From assembly GCA_963744995.1 (NCBI GenBank), contig CAVUWA010000010.1, forward strand, positions 800,001 through 864,000: a DNA stretch of 64,000 bases, read 5' to 3'. The notes beneath the pieces are model-generated. The model had not been told where the DNA came from and did no database searches. It saw only the letters and a program-made list of their open reading frames with translations. Below are positions 18,397-27,655 of this stretch, in pieces (within the stretch, counting starts at the first letter, position 1; the number at the start of each line of letters is the position of its first letter). The translations under genes and the position numbers were made by a program. Origin of the DNA: Candidatus Eiseniibacteriota bacterium (lineage in GTDB: Bacteria; Eisenbacteria; RBG-16-71-46).

Positions 18397-19206
18397 TCAT
18401 TCTTCTCTGAAACGTGGATCGAAGCTCTGCGTTCCGTCGAAGCGCGCGAACGTGCCTTCGCGCGCGATCTCCTCCGCCGCCTGCATGAACGCCGTCAGCG
18501 CGACGCGCGCGAGGGCGCCGCCCACGCTGATCCGGCGCACGCCGGCCACCGCCAGCTCCGCAACCGTGGTGAAGCCGCCGTTGGCGAGGACGTTCACCGG
18601 CTTCGGCGCCACCGCGCGCACCACCGCCTCGATGTCGCCGCGCGCGCGCAGCCCGGGTGCGTACAGACAGTCCGCGCCGGCCTCCGCGTAGGCGACCAGC
18701 CGTCGGATCGTCTCATGCAGATCCGGCCGCCCGCAGATGAAGCCTTCCGAGCGCCCGGTGAGCAGCACGCCGGTTCCGCTCTCGTCGATCGCCGTGCGCG
18801 CCGCGCGCATCCGCTCGACCGCGAGCGGCAACTCGAACAGCGGTTCTTCGACGTCCCCCGTCGAGTCCTCGATCGAGAGCCCGGCGATGCCGGTGCGCAC
18901 CGCGCGCGCCACGTTTCCGGCGACCCGCTCGGGCTCGACCGCGTAACCACCCTCGAAGTCGGCGTTGACCGGCACCTCGACCGCCGCGGCCATCGCCGCG
19001 AGATGCGCGAGCGTCTGCTCGAGCGTGACCTGCGTGTCGGCGTGCGCCATCGACCAGGCGAAGCCCGCGCTGGTGGTAGCGAGCGCCTTGAAGCCCGTCT
19101 GCTCGAGCAGCCGCGCACTGCCCGCATCCCACGGATTCGGCATCACGAAGCAGCCGGCTTCGTGGAGCCGGCGGAAGGTCCGGATGCGCGTGTCGGGCAG
19201 TGTCAT
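18397..19206 (-). CDS. Isocitrate lyase/PEP mutase family protein
   Basis: PNPWDAGSA, ALATTSAG, DFEGGY, SIED, AYAEAGADCLYAPG, RRISVG. Confidence 0.9.
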   Translation of the reverse strand: MTLPDTRIRTFRRLHEAGCFVMPNPWDAGSARLLEQTGFKALATTSAGFAWSMAHADTQVTLEQTLAHLAAMAAAVEVPVNADFEGGYAVEPERVAGNVARAVRTGIAGLSIEDSTGDVEEPLFELPLAVERMRAARTAIDESGTGVLLTGRSEGFICGRPDLHETIRRLVAYAEAGADCLYAPGLRARGDIEAVVRAVAPKPVNVLANGGFTTVAELAVAGVRRISVGGALARVALTAFMQAAEEIAREGTFARFDGTQSFDPRFREE

Positions 19207-19260
19207 GACGGAACCGTAGCGGGCGCGGGCACAGCGCGCAAAGCCAAAGCCGCCGCAAGG

Positions 19261-19350
19261 TCAACGGTCGTGGTCCTCGAGCGTGAACTGGATGGGCATC
19301 GCGACCCACACGGCCATGGGCTCATCACCCAAGAGGCGCCATGCGCCGCG
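19261..19350 (-). pseudogene. Possible remnant of a TonB C-terminal domain gene
   Basis: Reads AWRLLGDEPMAVWVAMPIQFTLEDHDR*, resembling the TonB C-terminal strand; no intact upstream coding part. Confidence 0.4.
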
Positions 19351-19461
19351 CCTCCGGGAGCGTCCCGGGAAGGCCCCGAGCCTGCTCCTTCGCCCGAGGC
19401 GCAGGACAGTGAACGGGGTTGGTGTGCGCCGGGGCCCGTCGCCCTCCCGCCGGAACACGCT

Positions 19462-20547
19462 CTACCTCCCGGCGCGACTCACTTCGGCGCCCGCTCCGCC
19501 CGCCGCGTCCGCGAGATCCATCGCCAGCTTCGCCATCTCGCCCGAGCGCGAACCCTTGCCCCACGTGTTCGAGAGCACGACGCCGACGGTCTTCGTCTCC
19601 ACGTAGATCGCGATGCCGGCCTGCAGACCGGGATTGGCGCCCGTGGCGTAGATGTAGCGCCCGTCGGCCGGACCGCTGCCGAACCAGTCCTCCGACCACA
19701 GGACGTCCCACTCGGCGCGCGGCAGCAGGCCGGGCGCGCACAGGGCCGTGCCGAAACGTGCGACGTCGTCCACGGTCGAATTGATGTTCCCACCGCCCGC
19801 GTTGAAGCTGTAGTCCCAGGTCGGCACGACGAACAGCGTATCGCTCTCGCGATAGGTCCACGGCTGGTAATAGCTGTAGCGGCGGACGCGGTGCGGCAGC
19901 GGGCGCAGGATGTCGTCGAACGACGTGTGCTCGAGATCGAGCGGTCGCATGATCCGCTCCGTCACGACCTCCGTGAACGGCTTTCCCTCGACTCGCTCGA
20001 TCACGGCCGCAATGAGGTTGTAGTTCGAGCTGGAGTAACGCTGGTCGGTCCCCGGCTCGAACAGCAGCGAGTCGTTCTCGAACACCTCCACCGCGTCCAC
20101 GGCCCGGTCGTAGTGCGTGGCGAACAGCTTCGGTGTTCGATTCGTGGGATGCGGGATCCCGGACCGGTGCGTCGCAAGCATGCGGATCGTGATGTCGGTC
20201 TTCGACTTCTTCGGGAACGACGGAAGGTATTTCTGCACGGGCGCGTCGAGGTCGATGCGGCCTTCGGCGACGAGCTGCAGCAGCGTCACGGCGGTGAACA
20301 GCTTCGTCAGGCTCGCGATGCCGAAGCGGGACGCCGCGGTGACCGGCACCTCGTTCTCGAGATCGGCGAGACCGAGCGTGTCGCGGTACACGATTTTGCC
20401 GTCGCGCATGACCTCGGCTGCGAGACCGACGTTCTCCTGCTTCTCGTGCACGTTCAGGATCAGCGCGTGCAGTTCCGCATCCGACGGCCGCGCCGCACAC
20501 GGGCTCGCGGCGAGCGCGAGCAGAACGATGACTGACATGACTTTCAT
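19462..20547 (-). CDS. Secreted serine hydrolase (beta-lactamase class C/AmpC-like family)
   Basis: Signal peptide, IASLTK (SxxK), THRSGI, YSSSNY; AGGAGG RBS before ATG 20547. Confidence 0.88.
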   Translation of the reverse strand: MKVMSVIVLLALAASPCAARPSDAELHALILNVHEKQENVGLAAEVMRDGKIVYRDTLGLADLENEVPVTAASRFGIASLTKLFTAVTLLQLVAEGRIDLDAPVQKYLPSFPKKSKTDITIRMLATHRSGIPHPTNRTPKLFATHYDRAVDAVEVFENDSLLFEPGTDQRYSSSNYNLIAAVIERVEGKPFTEVVTERIMRPLDLEHTSFDDILRPLPHRVRRYSYYQPWTYRESDTLFVVPTWDYSFNAGGGNINSTVDDVARFGTALCAPGLLPRAEWDVLWSEDWFGSGPADGRYIYATGANPGLQAGIAIYVETKTVGVVLSNTWGKGSRSGEMAKLAMDLADAAGGAGAEVSRAGR

Positions 20548-20608
20548 GGGGTGCCTCCTGGCCGGGGAGCGCAGGAGGACATCATGCGGCATTCATGCCT
20601 CATCACGA

Positions 20609-20634
20609 AGGGGTCCGGTGTGAACCGGACCCCT
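20609..20634. repeat. Perfect 11-bp hairpin with GTGA tetraloop
   Basis: AGGGGTCCGGT-gtga-ACCGGACCCCT. Confidence 0.75.
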
Positions 20635-20795
20635 CGCTCTCCCGCCCGGTCAAGAGTCGGGAGGACGCCGCGGAGGGGAGGGATGAGCTTCTCCGCGGGT
20701 CGTCGTCGCCGGCGCCGCGAGGCGGGGTGGGCGCACCGGGGGCGTCCAGATCCCGCCCGCGGACACCGGCATCTTCGCTGTCGTTCCACGCCGCG

Positions 20796-23438
20796 CTACA
20801 GCGTGAAGTAGTACGTGACCTTGGCGAGGAAGATGTTGTCCCCGCGCAGGTCGAGCAGTTGGTGGTAGTCGCGGCCGAGCTCGAATTCGCCGCGGTCTTC
20901 GACCCGCTGGCTTCGCGTCCATACCAGGAACAGCGTCGAGCCCGGCATGTATTCCCAGCGCAGCACGGCGTTCCCGCGCAGCGACTTGATATTGAAGTTG
21001 GGACCGTCCTCCTGGAACGACGCCGCAGGGCCGCCGCCGTCCGGATCGATCGTGATCGTATTCGTGACCGCGTCGTAGGCGTAGGTCGAGCCGTTCTGCC
21101 CGTAGTGGTTGAACTCGAAGCTGCGTCCCCGGGCCAGCTCCTTGAAGTCCGAGTACCGGCCGGCCGAGATCAGCGGCTGAATGAACGTCTGCAGGCTCAG
21201 GTTCGGCGTCAGCGAGATGTTGAAGCGGATGTTCGCCGCGACCGTCGTCTGGTCGAGCGTCGCGAACACGTAGCGCGCGCCGTAGGTCGAAGTCGCGGTC
21301 GGATCGTCGATGGTGTCCACGTACTGCGCCAGCTCGAAGTTGCGAGAGATCTCGGGGCCGATCTCCAGGGACAGATTCGACATCGGCTTGAGCTCGATGC
21401 CGGGATTCATCCAGCTGCTCCACGAACCCTCGGCATCGCGGCTGCCGCCGACGTCGGCGTACCAGAAGAACTTCGACTTGCCGTCACCGTCGAGGTAGGC
21501 CTCGTATTCGGCGACCGCCGGCGCGATCATCACCGGCCCGCCGCGCGTCCGGCGCGTGTCGTCGCGCCTGAACGCGTAGCCGCCGTTCAGGTTCCAGCTG
21601 TAGTTGTTGACGAACTCGATGGACTGCTGTCCCCAGACGCCCTTGCCGGTCACGTTGCCGTCGAAGTCCCGCGTGGTGTAGACGGCGGCGAGGAAGTGGA
21701 TGTCCTTCTTCCAGCTCGTGGTCTTCGGCCACTTGTAGCCGGCGCCGATGTGCCCGTTGATGTAATCGGCGCGGGTCTGGAAGCCGAGATCGTTGACCTC
21801 GAAGCCGGGCGAGATGTAGCCGATCGCGGAGTTCGTGAAGAAGTTGCCCTTCTCCTTGTTGAGCCACACGCGCGCGGTGGTGCCGGTCATCGACGTCGCC
21901 GTCGAGTCGACGTGCTGGTGCTCGGCGTCCGGGCGCTGGAAGTAGCGCCGCGAGCTGCGCTGCAGGTCGATCATGCGCTGCGCGCTGCCGGCCACGTTCG
22001 ACATCGCGGCGTGCCCCGACAGCACCCAGACCTTGTTCTCGTCGAGGAACCACCAGCCGTCGAGACCGGTCATCAGGCCGTGACTGTTCACGTCGTCGCG
22101 CAGGCGCGCGTCGTCGAAGGAGCGCGCGGCCAGAGTCGTCATGAGGCCGAGTCCCTGGCGGCGCTCGTTGAACTCCTTCTGACCGCGCACGATTCCGTAG
22201 TACGTCAGGGGCTCGACCTCCGACCGGAACGACCGGCCGGCCGTCTCCAGCCTCGCCTTCTCGCGCGCCGTGAGCGCGCTCAGCGCGCCGATGTTGAAGC
22301 CGCCGGCGCGGCCGGTGAGCTTCGCGGCGCCGAGGATCGTGGTGCCGAGCGGGACGTCGGCGTAGTCGGCGTCGGGCACCTCGCCCTGGGGCGTGCGTCC
22401 GATGCGGCGGCTGTAGAAGAAGGTGGGTTGCGCGTAGTTGAAGCCCCAGTAGTCGCTCGCGCCCTGCTGGCCGAATTCGAAGTTGCTCGACCCCTCGACG
22501 AAGAACGGGCGCTTCTCGTCGAAGTAGGTCTCGACGTCGCTCAGATTGACGACCGCAGGGTCCACTTCCACCTGGCCGAAGTCGGGATTCACCGTCGCGT
22601 TGAGCGTCAGGTTGCGGCCGATGCCGATGCGCAGGTCACCGCCGACGTCGCCGTTGAACTTGGAGCCGTCGTTGAACGGATCGCCGACTTCGTGCTGCAG
22701 GAACGACCCTTTCGAGGTGGCGTAGGGCCGGACCTCGACGTAACGACCGTCGCCGCTGGTCTCGATCCCCCGGAGCTCGGGGAAGCGCGACACGAAGCCG
22801 CTGCCGTCTCTGGGCTGGTACACGATGTAGTCGTATTCGCTCTTGCGCAGGATGCGGCGCCGCAGGTCGAAGCCCCACGGCACGCCCGCCTGGCTGCGCA
22901 TCTGCGAGAACGGAATCCGCATCTCGGCCGTCCAGCCCTTCTCGTCGACCCGCGCGTGACCCTCCCACACGCCGTCCCATGAGCTGCTGTCCCAGTTGTC
23001 GTTGTAGAGAATCCCGTCACCGAGCACGCTGGCGGCGTTGATGACGAAGTAGTAGCCGGTGCGGTGATCGTGGAGCGGATCGAAGAAGACCGCGAGCTCG
23101 TCGGAGGGCGGCGCGTTGTCGCGGCGCGCGAGACGGCCGAGAATCGAATCCGGGTGCGAGTCGTACATGCGGGCGCCGATGTAGATCGCATCGTCGTCGA
23201 ACGCGAAGCGGACCTCGGTGCGCTCCGTCGGTGTCGCGCCCTCGACCGGATCGCTCATGGTGAAATCGGTGATCCCGGGGCCCTGGTGCCACACGGCCTC
23301 GGACAGCACCCCGTCCACGGTGACGGGGGCCGAGAGCCGGATGGCCTGGACCGGCGGGTGTGCATTGGGCTCGGCGGCGGCGGCCGTTTCGACCGCGGCC
23401 GAAACCAGGATCATTGCAGCGATGGCGACGAGCGGCAT
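20796..23438 (-). CDS. DUF5916-type outer-membrane protein with CBM9-like sugar-binding N-terminus
   Basis: VDGVLSEAVW, GWTAEMRIPF, TVNPDFGQVEVD, EKRPFFVEG, FYSRRIG, LRWEYMPGS. Start uncertain (23438, 23495 or 23543). Confidence 0.85.
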   Translation of the reverse strand: MPLVAIAAMILVSAAVETAAAAEPNAHPPVQAIRLSAPVTVDGVLSEAVWHQGPGITDFTMSDPVEGATPTERTEVRFAFDDDAIYIGARMYDSHPDSILGRLARRDNAPPSDELAVFFDPLHDHRTGYYFVINAASVLGDGILYNDNWDSSSWDGVWEGHARVDEKGWTAEMRIPFSQMRSQAGVPWGFDLRRRILRKSEYDYIVYQPRDGSGFVSRFPELRGIETSGDGRYVEVRPYATSKGSFLQHEVGDPFNDGSKFNGDVGGDLRIGIGRNLTLNATVNPDFGQVEVDPAVVNLSDVETYFDEKRPFFVEGSSNFEFGQQGASDYWGFNYAQPTFFYSRRIGRTPQGEVPDADYADVPLGTTILGAAKLTGRAGGFNIGALSALTAREKARLETAGRSFRSEVEPLTYYGIVRGQKEFNERRQGLGLMTTLAARSFDDARLRDDVNSHGLMTGLDGWWFLDENKVWVLSGHAAMSNVAGSAQRMIDLQRSSRRYFQRPDAEHQHVDSTATSMTGTTARVWLNKEKGNFFTNSAIGYISPGFEVNDLGFQTRADYINGHIGAGYKWPKTTSWKKDIHFLAAVYTTRDFDGNVTGKGVWGQQSIEFVNNYSWNLNGGYAFRRDDTRRTRGGPVMIAPAVAEYEAYLDGDGKSKFFWYADVGGSRDAEGSWSSWMNPGIELKPMSNLSLEIGPEISRNFELAQYVDTIDDPTATSTYGARYVFATLDQTTVAANIRFNISLTPNLSLQTFIQPLISAGRYSDFKELARGRSFEFNHYGQNGSTYAYDAVTNTITIDPDGGGPAASFQEDGPNFNIKSLRGNAVLRWEYMPGSTLFLVWTRSQRVEDRGEFELGRDYHQLLDLRGDNIFLAKVTYYFTL

Positions 23439-23725
23439 GGATGGGAAGCTCCGTGCAGTGGATCGCGCTGGGTACGCACGCTTGGATTGATTCACGCACG
23501 ACAGGGTTGGAATGTTGCGCGTCCTGACGCCGATCCCGGTCACGGACGCGCAAATGCCGGGGACCGGCGCGACGAACGTGCGTTGCGCGGGGACGGGCGC
23601 GGGTGAAGCCGTGCGAGCGTTCAGGCTACGGATCGTTCGCCGGACGGACGAACGGGATCAGCGTGCGGGACGGTGCCCGCCGTCTGAACGGGGCCTGCGA
23701 CGTCCGGACCGCTGCGGGTCCCCGG

Positions 23726-24643
23726 TCAGCCCCGGCCGGCCCGCAGCGCGACGGCCAGCTGCGCCGCCACGGCTGCGTTGTGCCTGAGCAGCGCGCGGTT
23801 GGACGTCACGGTCGCGCCGCCGGTGAGCACCCGCATGCGCTCGAGCAGGAACGGCGTGACCTCGCGACCCTTGACGTCGGCGCGGTCGGCCTCCGCGAGC
23901 GCGGCGCGCAGGGCGCCTTCGTAGGTCTCGCGCGGCAGCTCGAACTGCGCGGGAATCGGATTCCCGACCAGCACCCCGCCGCCGCCGCCGAGCTCGAAGT
24001 GCGCGTGCACCGCACGGGCGAGATCGTCGATCGTATCGAAACGCGCATCGAGCCTGAGCCCGCTCTCGCGCCGGTAGAACGAGGGGAACGAATCGGTGCC
24101 GTGGCCGAGGATCGGCACGCCGAGCATCTCGAGCATCTCGATGGTGCGCGGCAGATCGAGGATCGCTTTCGCGCCCGAGCACACCACCGCGACCGGATAA
24201 CGCGAAAGCGCCGTGAGGTCGGACGACACGTCGCCCGTGTGTTCCGAGCCGCGGTGCACGCCGCCGATGCCGCCGGTCGCGAACACGTCGATCCCGGCGC
24301 GCGAGGCGATGAACATCGTCGCCGCCACCGTGGTCGAGCCGGGCGCGCCCGCGACGACCGCCGCGGCCAGGTTGCTGAGGTTGATCTTGGCGATGTCACC
24401 GGCCGTGGCCAGCCGCTCGAGCGCCGCGCGGTCCACGCCGACGTGCACCGCACCGTCGAAAATGCCGATCGTCGCCGGCACCGCGCCCGCGACCCGGACC
24501 TCCGCTTCGAGCTCGATCGCGGTCTCCACGCCTTCCGGGTGCGGCAGGCCGTGCGTGACCAGCGTGCTCTCGAGCGCGACCACCGGCTGCTTCGCGGCGA
24601 GCGCCTGCGCGACGTGCGGGGCGATACGGACCAGGGCAGACAT
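23726..24643 (-). CDS. psuG: Pseudouridine-5'-phosphate glycosidase
   Basis: VVALESTLVTHGLP, TTVAATM, FATGGIGGVHRG, GAKAILD, VTPFLL. Confidence 0.92.
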   Translation of the reverse strand: MSALVRIAPHVAQALAAKQPVVALESTLVTHGLPHPEGVETAIELEAEVRVAGAVPATIGIFDGAVHVGVDRAALERLATAGDIAKINLSNLAAAVVAGAPGSTTVAATMFIASRAGIDVFATGGIGGVHRGSEHTGDVSSDLTALSRYPVAVVCSGAKAILDLPRTIEMLEMLGVPILGHGTDSFPSFYRRESGLRLDARFDTIDDLARAVHAHFELGGGGGVLVGNPIPAQFELPRETYEGALRAALAEADRADVKGREVTPFLLERMRVLTGGATVTSNRALLRHNAAVAAQLAVALRAGRG

Positions 24644-24770
24644 GCCGGCAATCTAGCGCGGCGGCCTCGTCCGTGGCCAGAGGGACGAAGGTAGCGGTGC
24701 GCGAATTCCGGCGCCCGCGACCGCGCGGCGCGCGCGGACCGGCCGGGACCGCGCGGCGCCCCGGCAACCC

Positions 24771-24799
24771 TTGAAGCGCACCCGGTCCGCCACCATACT
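24771..24799 (+). promoter_or_regulatory. Sigma70-type promoter for the uORF and transporter
   Basis: TTGAAG-17 bp-CATACT, with an ATG 7 nt downstream. Confidence 0.55.
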
Positions 24800-24806
24800 G
24801 CCGCCC

Positions 24807-24875
24807 ATGCGCCGCCCGACGATCCTCCCGCTCGTCCCGCCGTGTTCCGCCCGCACCGCCACGGGTCTCCGGTAG
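24807..24875 (+). CDS. Candidate 22-aa leaderless leader peptide (MRRPTILPLVPPCSARTATGLR)
   Basis: ATG at the predicted transcription start; TAG ends 4 nt before the transporter ATG. Confidence 0.35.
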   Translation: MRRPTILPLVPPCSARTATGLR

Positions 24876-24879
24876 CCGC

Positions 24880-26601
24880 ATGACGCACGACCCCGACGTC
24901 CACTGCCCGCCCGAAGAGGGCCGCGCTTATCGCGAAGGCGTCTACCGTCCCGTGGACGCCTCGAAGCTGCCGAACGCGCCCGCGGGCGGCGACTTTCCGG
25001 AGCCCGGGCACGGGCCGCCGTTCCATCGCCTCGACGAGGTGCCGCGCGTTCCCCGGCTACGCAACATCATCGGCCCTTCGGTGATCGCGCTCGGCATGGG
25101 GCTCGGTGCCGGCGAGTTCCTGCTGTGGCCGAACCTGATCGCCGTCAACGGCTTCTCGATCTGGTGGTTGTTCTGGGTCGGTGTGCTCACCCAGTTCGTG
25201 GTGATCGGCGAGATCGAGCGCTGGAGCGTCGCGACCGGCGAATCCATCTTCATGGGCATGAAGCGGCTCACCCGTGTGCCGTTCTGGCCGTGGTTCTTCC
25301 TCGCCGCGACGCTGATCTCGTTCTTCTGGCCCGGGTGGGCCTCGCAGTCGGCCGACTTCACGCGCCAGACGGTGAACGCGGTCGCCGGCCGCGAGGCGCT
25401 CGCCGGCTGGCAGCCGCTCGCGATCGTGATGATGCTGTTCATCTGGGCCGCGCTCTCTTTGTCGGAGATCGTCTACAACGCGCTCGAGAAGCTGCAGATG
25501 GGAATGGTGCTGATCTTCTTCCCGCTGCTGTTCGTCGCCCTGATGGCGGCCGGGGTGCTGCCGGGCGACCTCGCCTCGCTCGCGCAGGGCGTCGTCTCGA
25601 TCGGCCACGCACCGGGCGCGCTGCTGTCGGGCGCGCAGTTCCCGGTGCTGCTGATCGCGGTCGCCTACGCCGGCAGCGGCGGCACGCTGCTGCTCGCTCA
25701 ATCGCTGTGGGTGCGCGAGAAGGGCTTCGGCATGGGCACCTACCAGGGCCGCATCGCCGGGATCCGCGGTCACAACGAGGTCGTCGAGGCACGCGGCTTC
25801 GCGTTCTCGGCGGCCGCCGCGACGCAGCTCGCGCGCTTCCGCCGCTGGATGCGCGTCGCCGAGCAGGAGCTGCTGGTCACGTTCGTGCTGCTCATCATCC
25901 TGAGCGTGGTGATCACCACGCTGCTGGTCGCGGCGACGCTCGGCACCGGCGATGCGCAGTGGGCGGGCGACCTCACCGGCATGGTGGCCGCGCAGGCCGC
26001 GCGCCTGCGCGAGCACGGCGGCGCATGGCTCGAGGTGGCCTTCCTCCTGGGCGGCGCGTTCGTGCTGTTTTCGACGCAGGTCGGGGTCGTGGACACGGTG
26101 ACCCGCATCACCGGCGACATCCTGCACGACCTGGTCGGGCGCGCGCGCGGCTGGTCGCTGCGCGGCACGTTCCTCGCGCTGCTGACCGTGATGACGCTCG
26201 CCGGGATCGCGGTGATCCTGGTGTCGTGGAAGAGCGGGACGGGCGTGGATCAGCTGCAGCCGAACTTCCTGATCCTCATCGCCGGCCCGTTCACCATCGT
26301 CTCGATGTACCTGTTCACGATCGTGGTCGCCGTGCTCAACACGCTGCGGCTGCCGCCCGCGCTGCGGATGCCGCGCTGGCGCCTGGTCGGCATGTACTGG
26401 GCGGTGGTCCTGTGGGGCTGGTTCTCGGCCGAGACGCTGTCGCGTTTCGTGCTCGGCCAGCTCATGGGCCGCTCGGGCGCGGTGGTCCATTCCATCGCCT
26501 TTCACCCGGTGCGCGCGGTGATCTACGCGGCATGGCTCGGCTCGCTCGCCTGGCTGATCTGGAAGACCGCGAAGGCGGGATTCGCCGGGCGCAGCGCCTG
26601 A
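24880..26601 (+). CDS. Nramp-related (APC superfamily) membrane transporter
   Basis: IGPSVIALGMGLGAGEFLLWP, YAGSGG, WVREKGFGMG; about 12 TM helices. Confidence 0.75.
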   Translation: MTHDPDVHCPPEEGRAYREGVYRPVDASKLPNAPAGGDFPEPGHGPPFHRLDEVPRVPRLRNIIGPSVIALGMGLGAGEFLLWPNLIAVNGFSIWWLFWVGVLTQFVVIGEIERWSVATGESIFMGMKRLTRVPFWPWFFLAATLISFFWPGWASQSADFTRQTVNAVAGREALAGWQPLAIVMMLFIWAALSLSEIVYNALEKLQMGMVLIFFPLLFVALMAAGVLPGDLASLAQGVVSIGHAPGALLSGAQFPVLLIAVAYAGSGGTLLLAQSLWVREKGFGMGTYQGRIAGIRGHNEVVEARGFAFSAAAATQLARFRRWMRVAEQELLVTFVLLIILSVVITTLLVAATLGTGDAQWAGDLTGMVAAQAARLREHGGAWLEVAFLLGGAFVLFSTQVGVVDTVTRITGDILHDLVGRARGWSLRGTFLALLTVMTLAGIAVILVSWKSGTGVDQLQPNFLILIAGPFTIVSMYLFTIVVAVLNTLRLPPALRMPRWRLVGMYWAVVLWGWFSAETLSRFVLGQLMGRSGAVVHSIAFHPVRAVIYAAWLGSLAWLIWKTAKAGFAGRSA

Positions 26602-26860
26602 ACGGCGCGGGCCACGCGGCAGGTCGACTGCCTGCCGGGGTGCCGTCCCCGGCGCGCGGCGACCTCGTGTACGCCCGGTTCGGGCCGAGCCGGGTCCTCC
26701 GCGTGACGAACCGGCCGCGCCGGTACCGCCCGGAGCCGCGAAACGCCGGGAACTCTTGACAGTCACACCTGCCACCATGGATCGTTTTCCTGCCGGGATA
26801 TCCGCAGATGCTTGCGAACCACCATGCCCGGCCTCCCCAGCCGGGGTTCGGGAGCGAATC

Positions 26861-27655
26861 GTGATCGCGAAAGTATTGATCGTCGACGACGAACCCCTTG
26901 CCCGTGAACGACTGAGCGACCTGGTCCAGGCCACCAGCCCCGGCTGCACCGTGCGGGAAGCCGGCGACGGCTTCGGCGCGGTGCGGATGATCCGCGACTG
27001 GCATCCGGATCTGGTGATCCTCGACATCCAGATTCCCGGCCGCACCGGCTTCGAGGTGGTCGAGACCATCGGCCCCGAGGCGATGCCGCCCACCGTGTTC
27101 GCCACCGCGCACGACGACCAGGCGATCCGCGCCTTCGAGGTCGCGGCGGTGGACTACCTGCTGAAGCCGTTCGACCTGGACCGGTTCCGCACCGCGTGGC
27201 GGCGCGCCGCCGAGCGCCGCACCTCGGACGCGATCCGGGTCGAGGCGCGGCGGCTCTCCGAACTGCTCTCCGCCTCGAGCGGGAACCCGCAGAACGGCGG
27301 CGCGGCCAACGGCGGCGAGCGGCTCGAGCGGCTGCCCGTCCGCAAGGACCGCCGCACGATCCTGGTGCCGGTGCGCGACATCTTCCTGTTCGAGTCGGCG
27401 GGGAACTACGTCGTGCTGCACACCGAGGCCGAGCGCCACCTGCTGCGCGAGACGCTCACCGACGTGCAGGCGCGGCTCGACCCCGCGCGCTACGTGCGCA
27501 TCCATCGCCGCTTCATCGTGGACCTCGAGGCCGTGGCGTCCATCGAGCCCTGGCAGCGCGGCGATCAGATCATGACGCTCCGAAACGGCACCCGGCTCCG
27601 GGTGAGCCGCAGCTTCCGCGCGGAGCTCGATCGCAGGCTCGCGGGCCGCGCGTGA
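26861..27655 (+). CDS. LytTR-family response regulator
   Basis: IVDDEPLAR, LDIQIP, FATAHD, DYLLKP receiver domain; GNYV, RIHRRFIV, VSRSF LytTR domain. GGGAG before the GTG. Confidence 0.92.
   Translation: MIAKVLIVDDEPLARERLSDLVQATSPGCTVREAGDGFGAVRMIRDWHPDLVILDIQIPGRTGFEVVETIGPEAMPPTVFATAHDDQAIRAFEVAAVDYLLKPFDLDRFRTAWRRAAERRTSDAIRVEARRLSELLSASSGNPQNGGAANGGERLERLPVRKDRRTILVPVRDIFLFESAGNYVVLHTEAERHLLRETLTDVQARLDPARYVRIHRRFIVDLEAVASIEPWQRGDQIMTLRNGTRLRVSRSFRAELDRRLAGRA

Noticed and set aside
19462..20547. AmpC resistance determinant
   Set aside because: Generic serine hydrolase family member; substrate cannot be inferred from the motifs.
23571..23676. LytTR-type direct repeats (GACGAACG/GACGGGCG, 21-22 bp apart) upstream of the DUF5916 gene
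   Set aside because: The matches are short and degenerate in GC-rich DNA and cannot be separated from chance without comparative data.
26756..26785. Sigma70 promoter at TTGACA upstream of the LytTR regulator
   Set aside because: No convincing -10 hexamer at 16-18 bp spacing.
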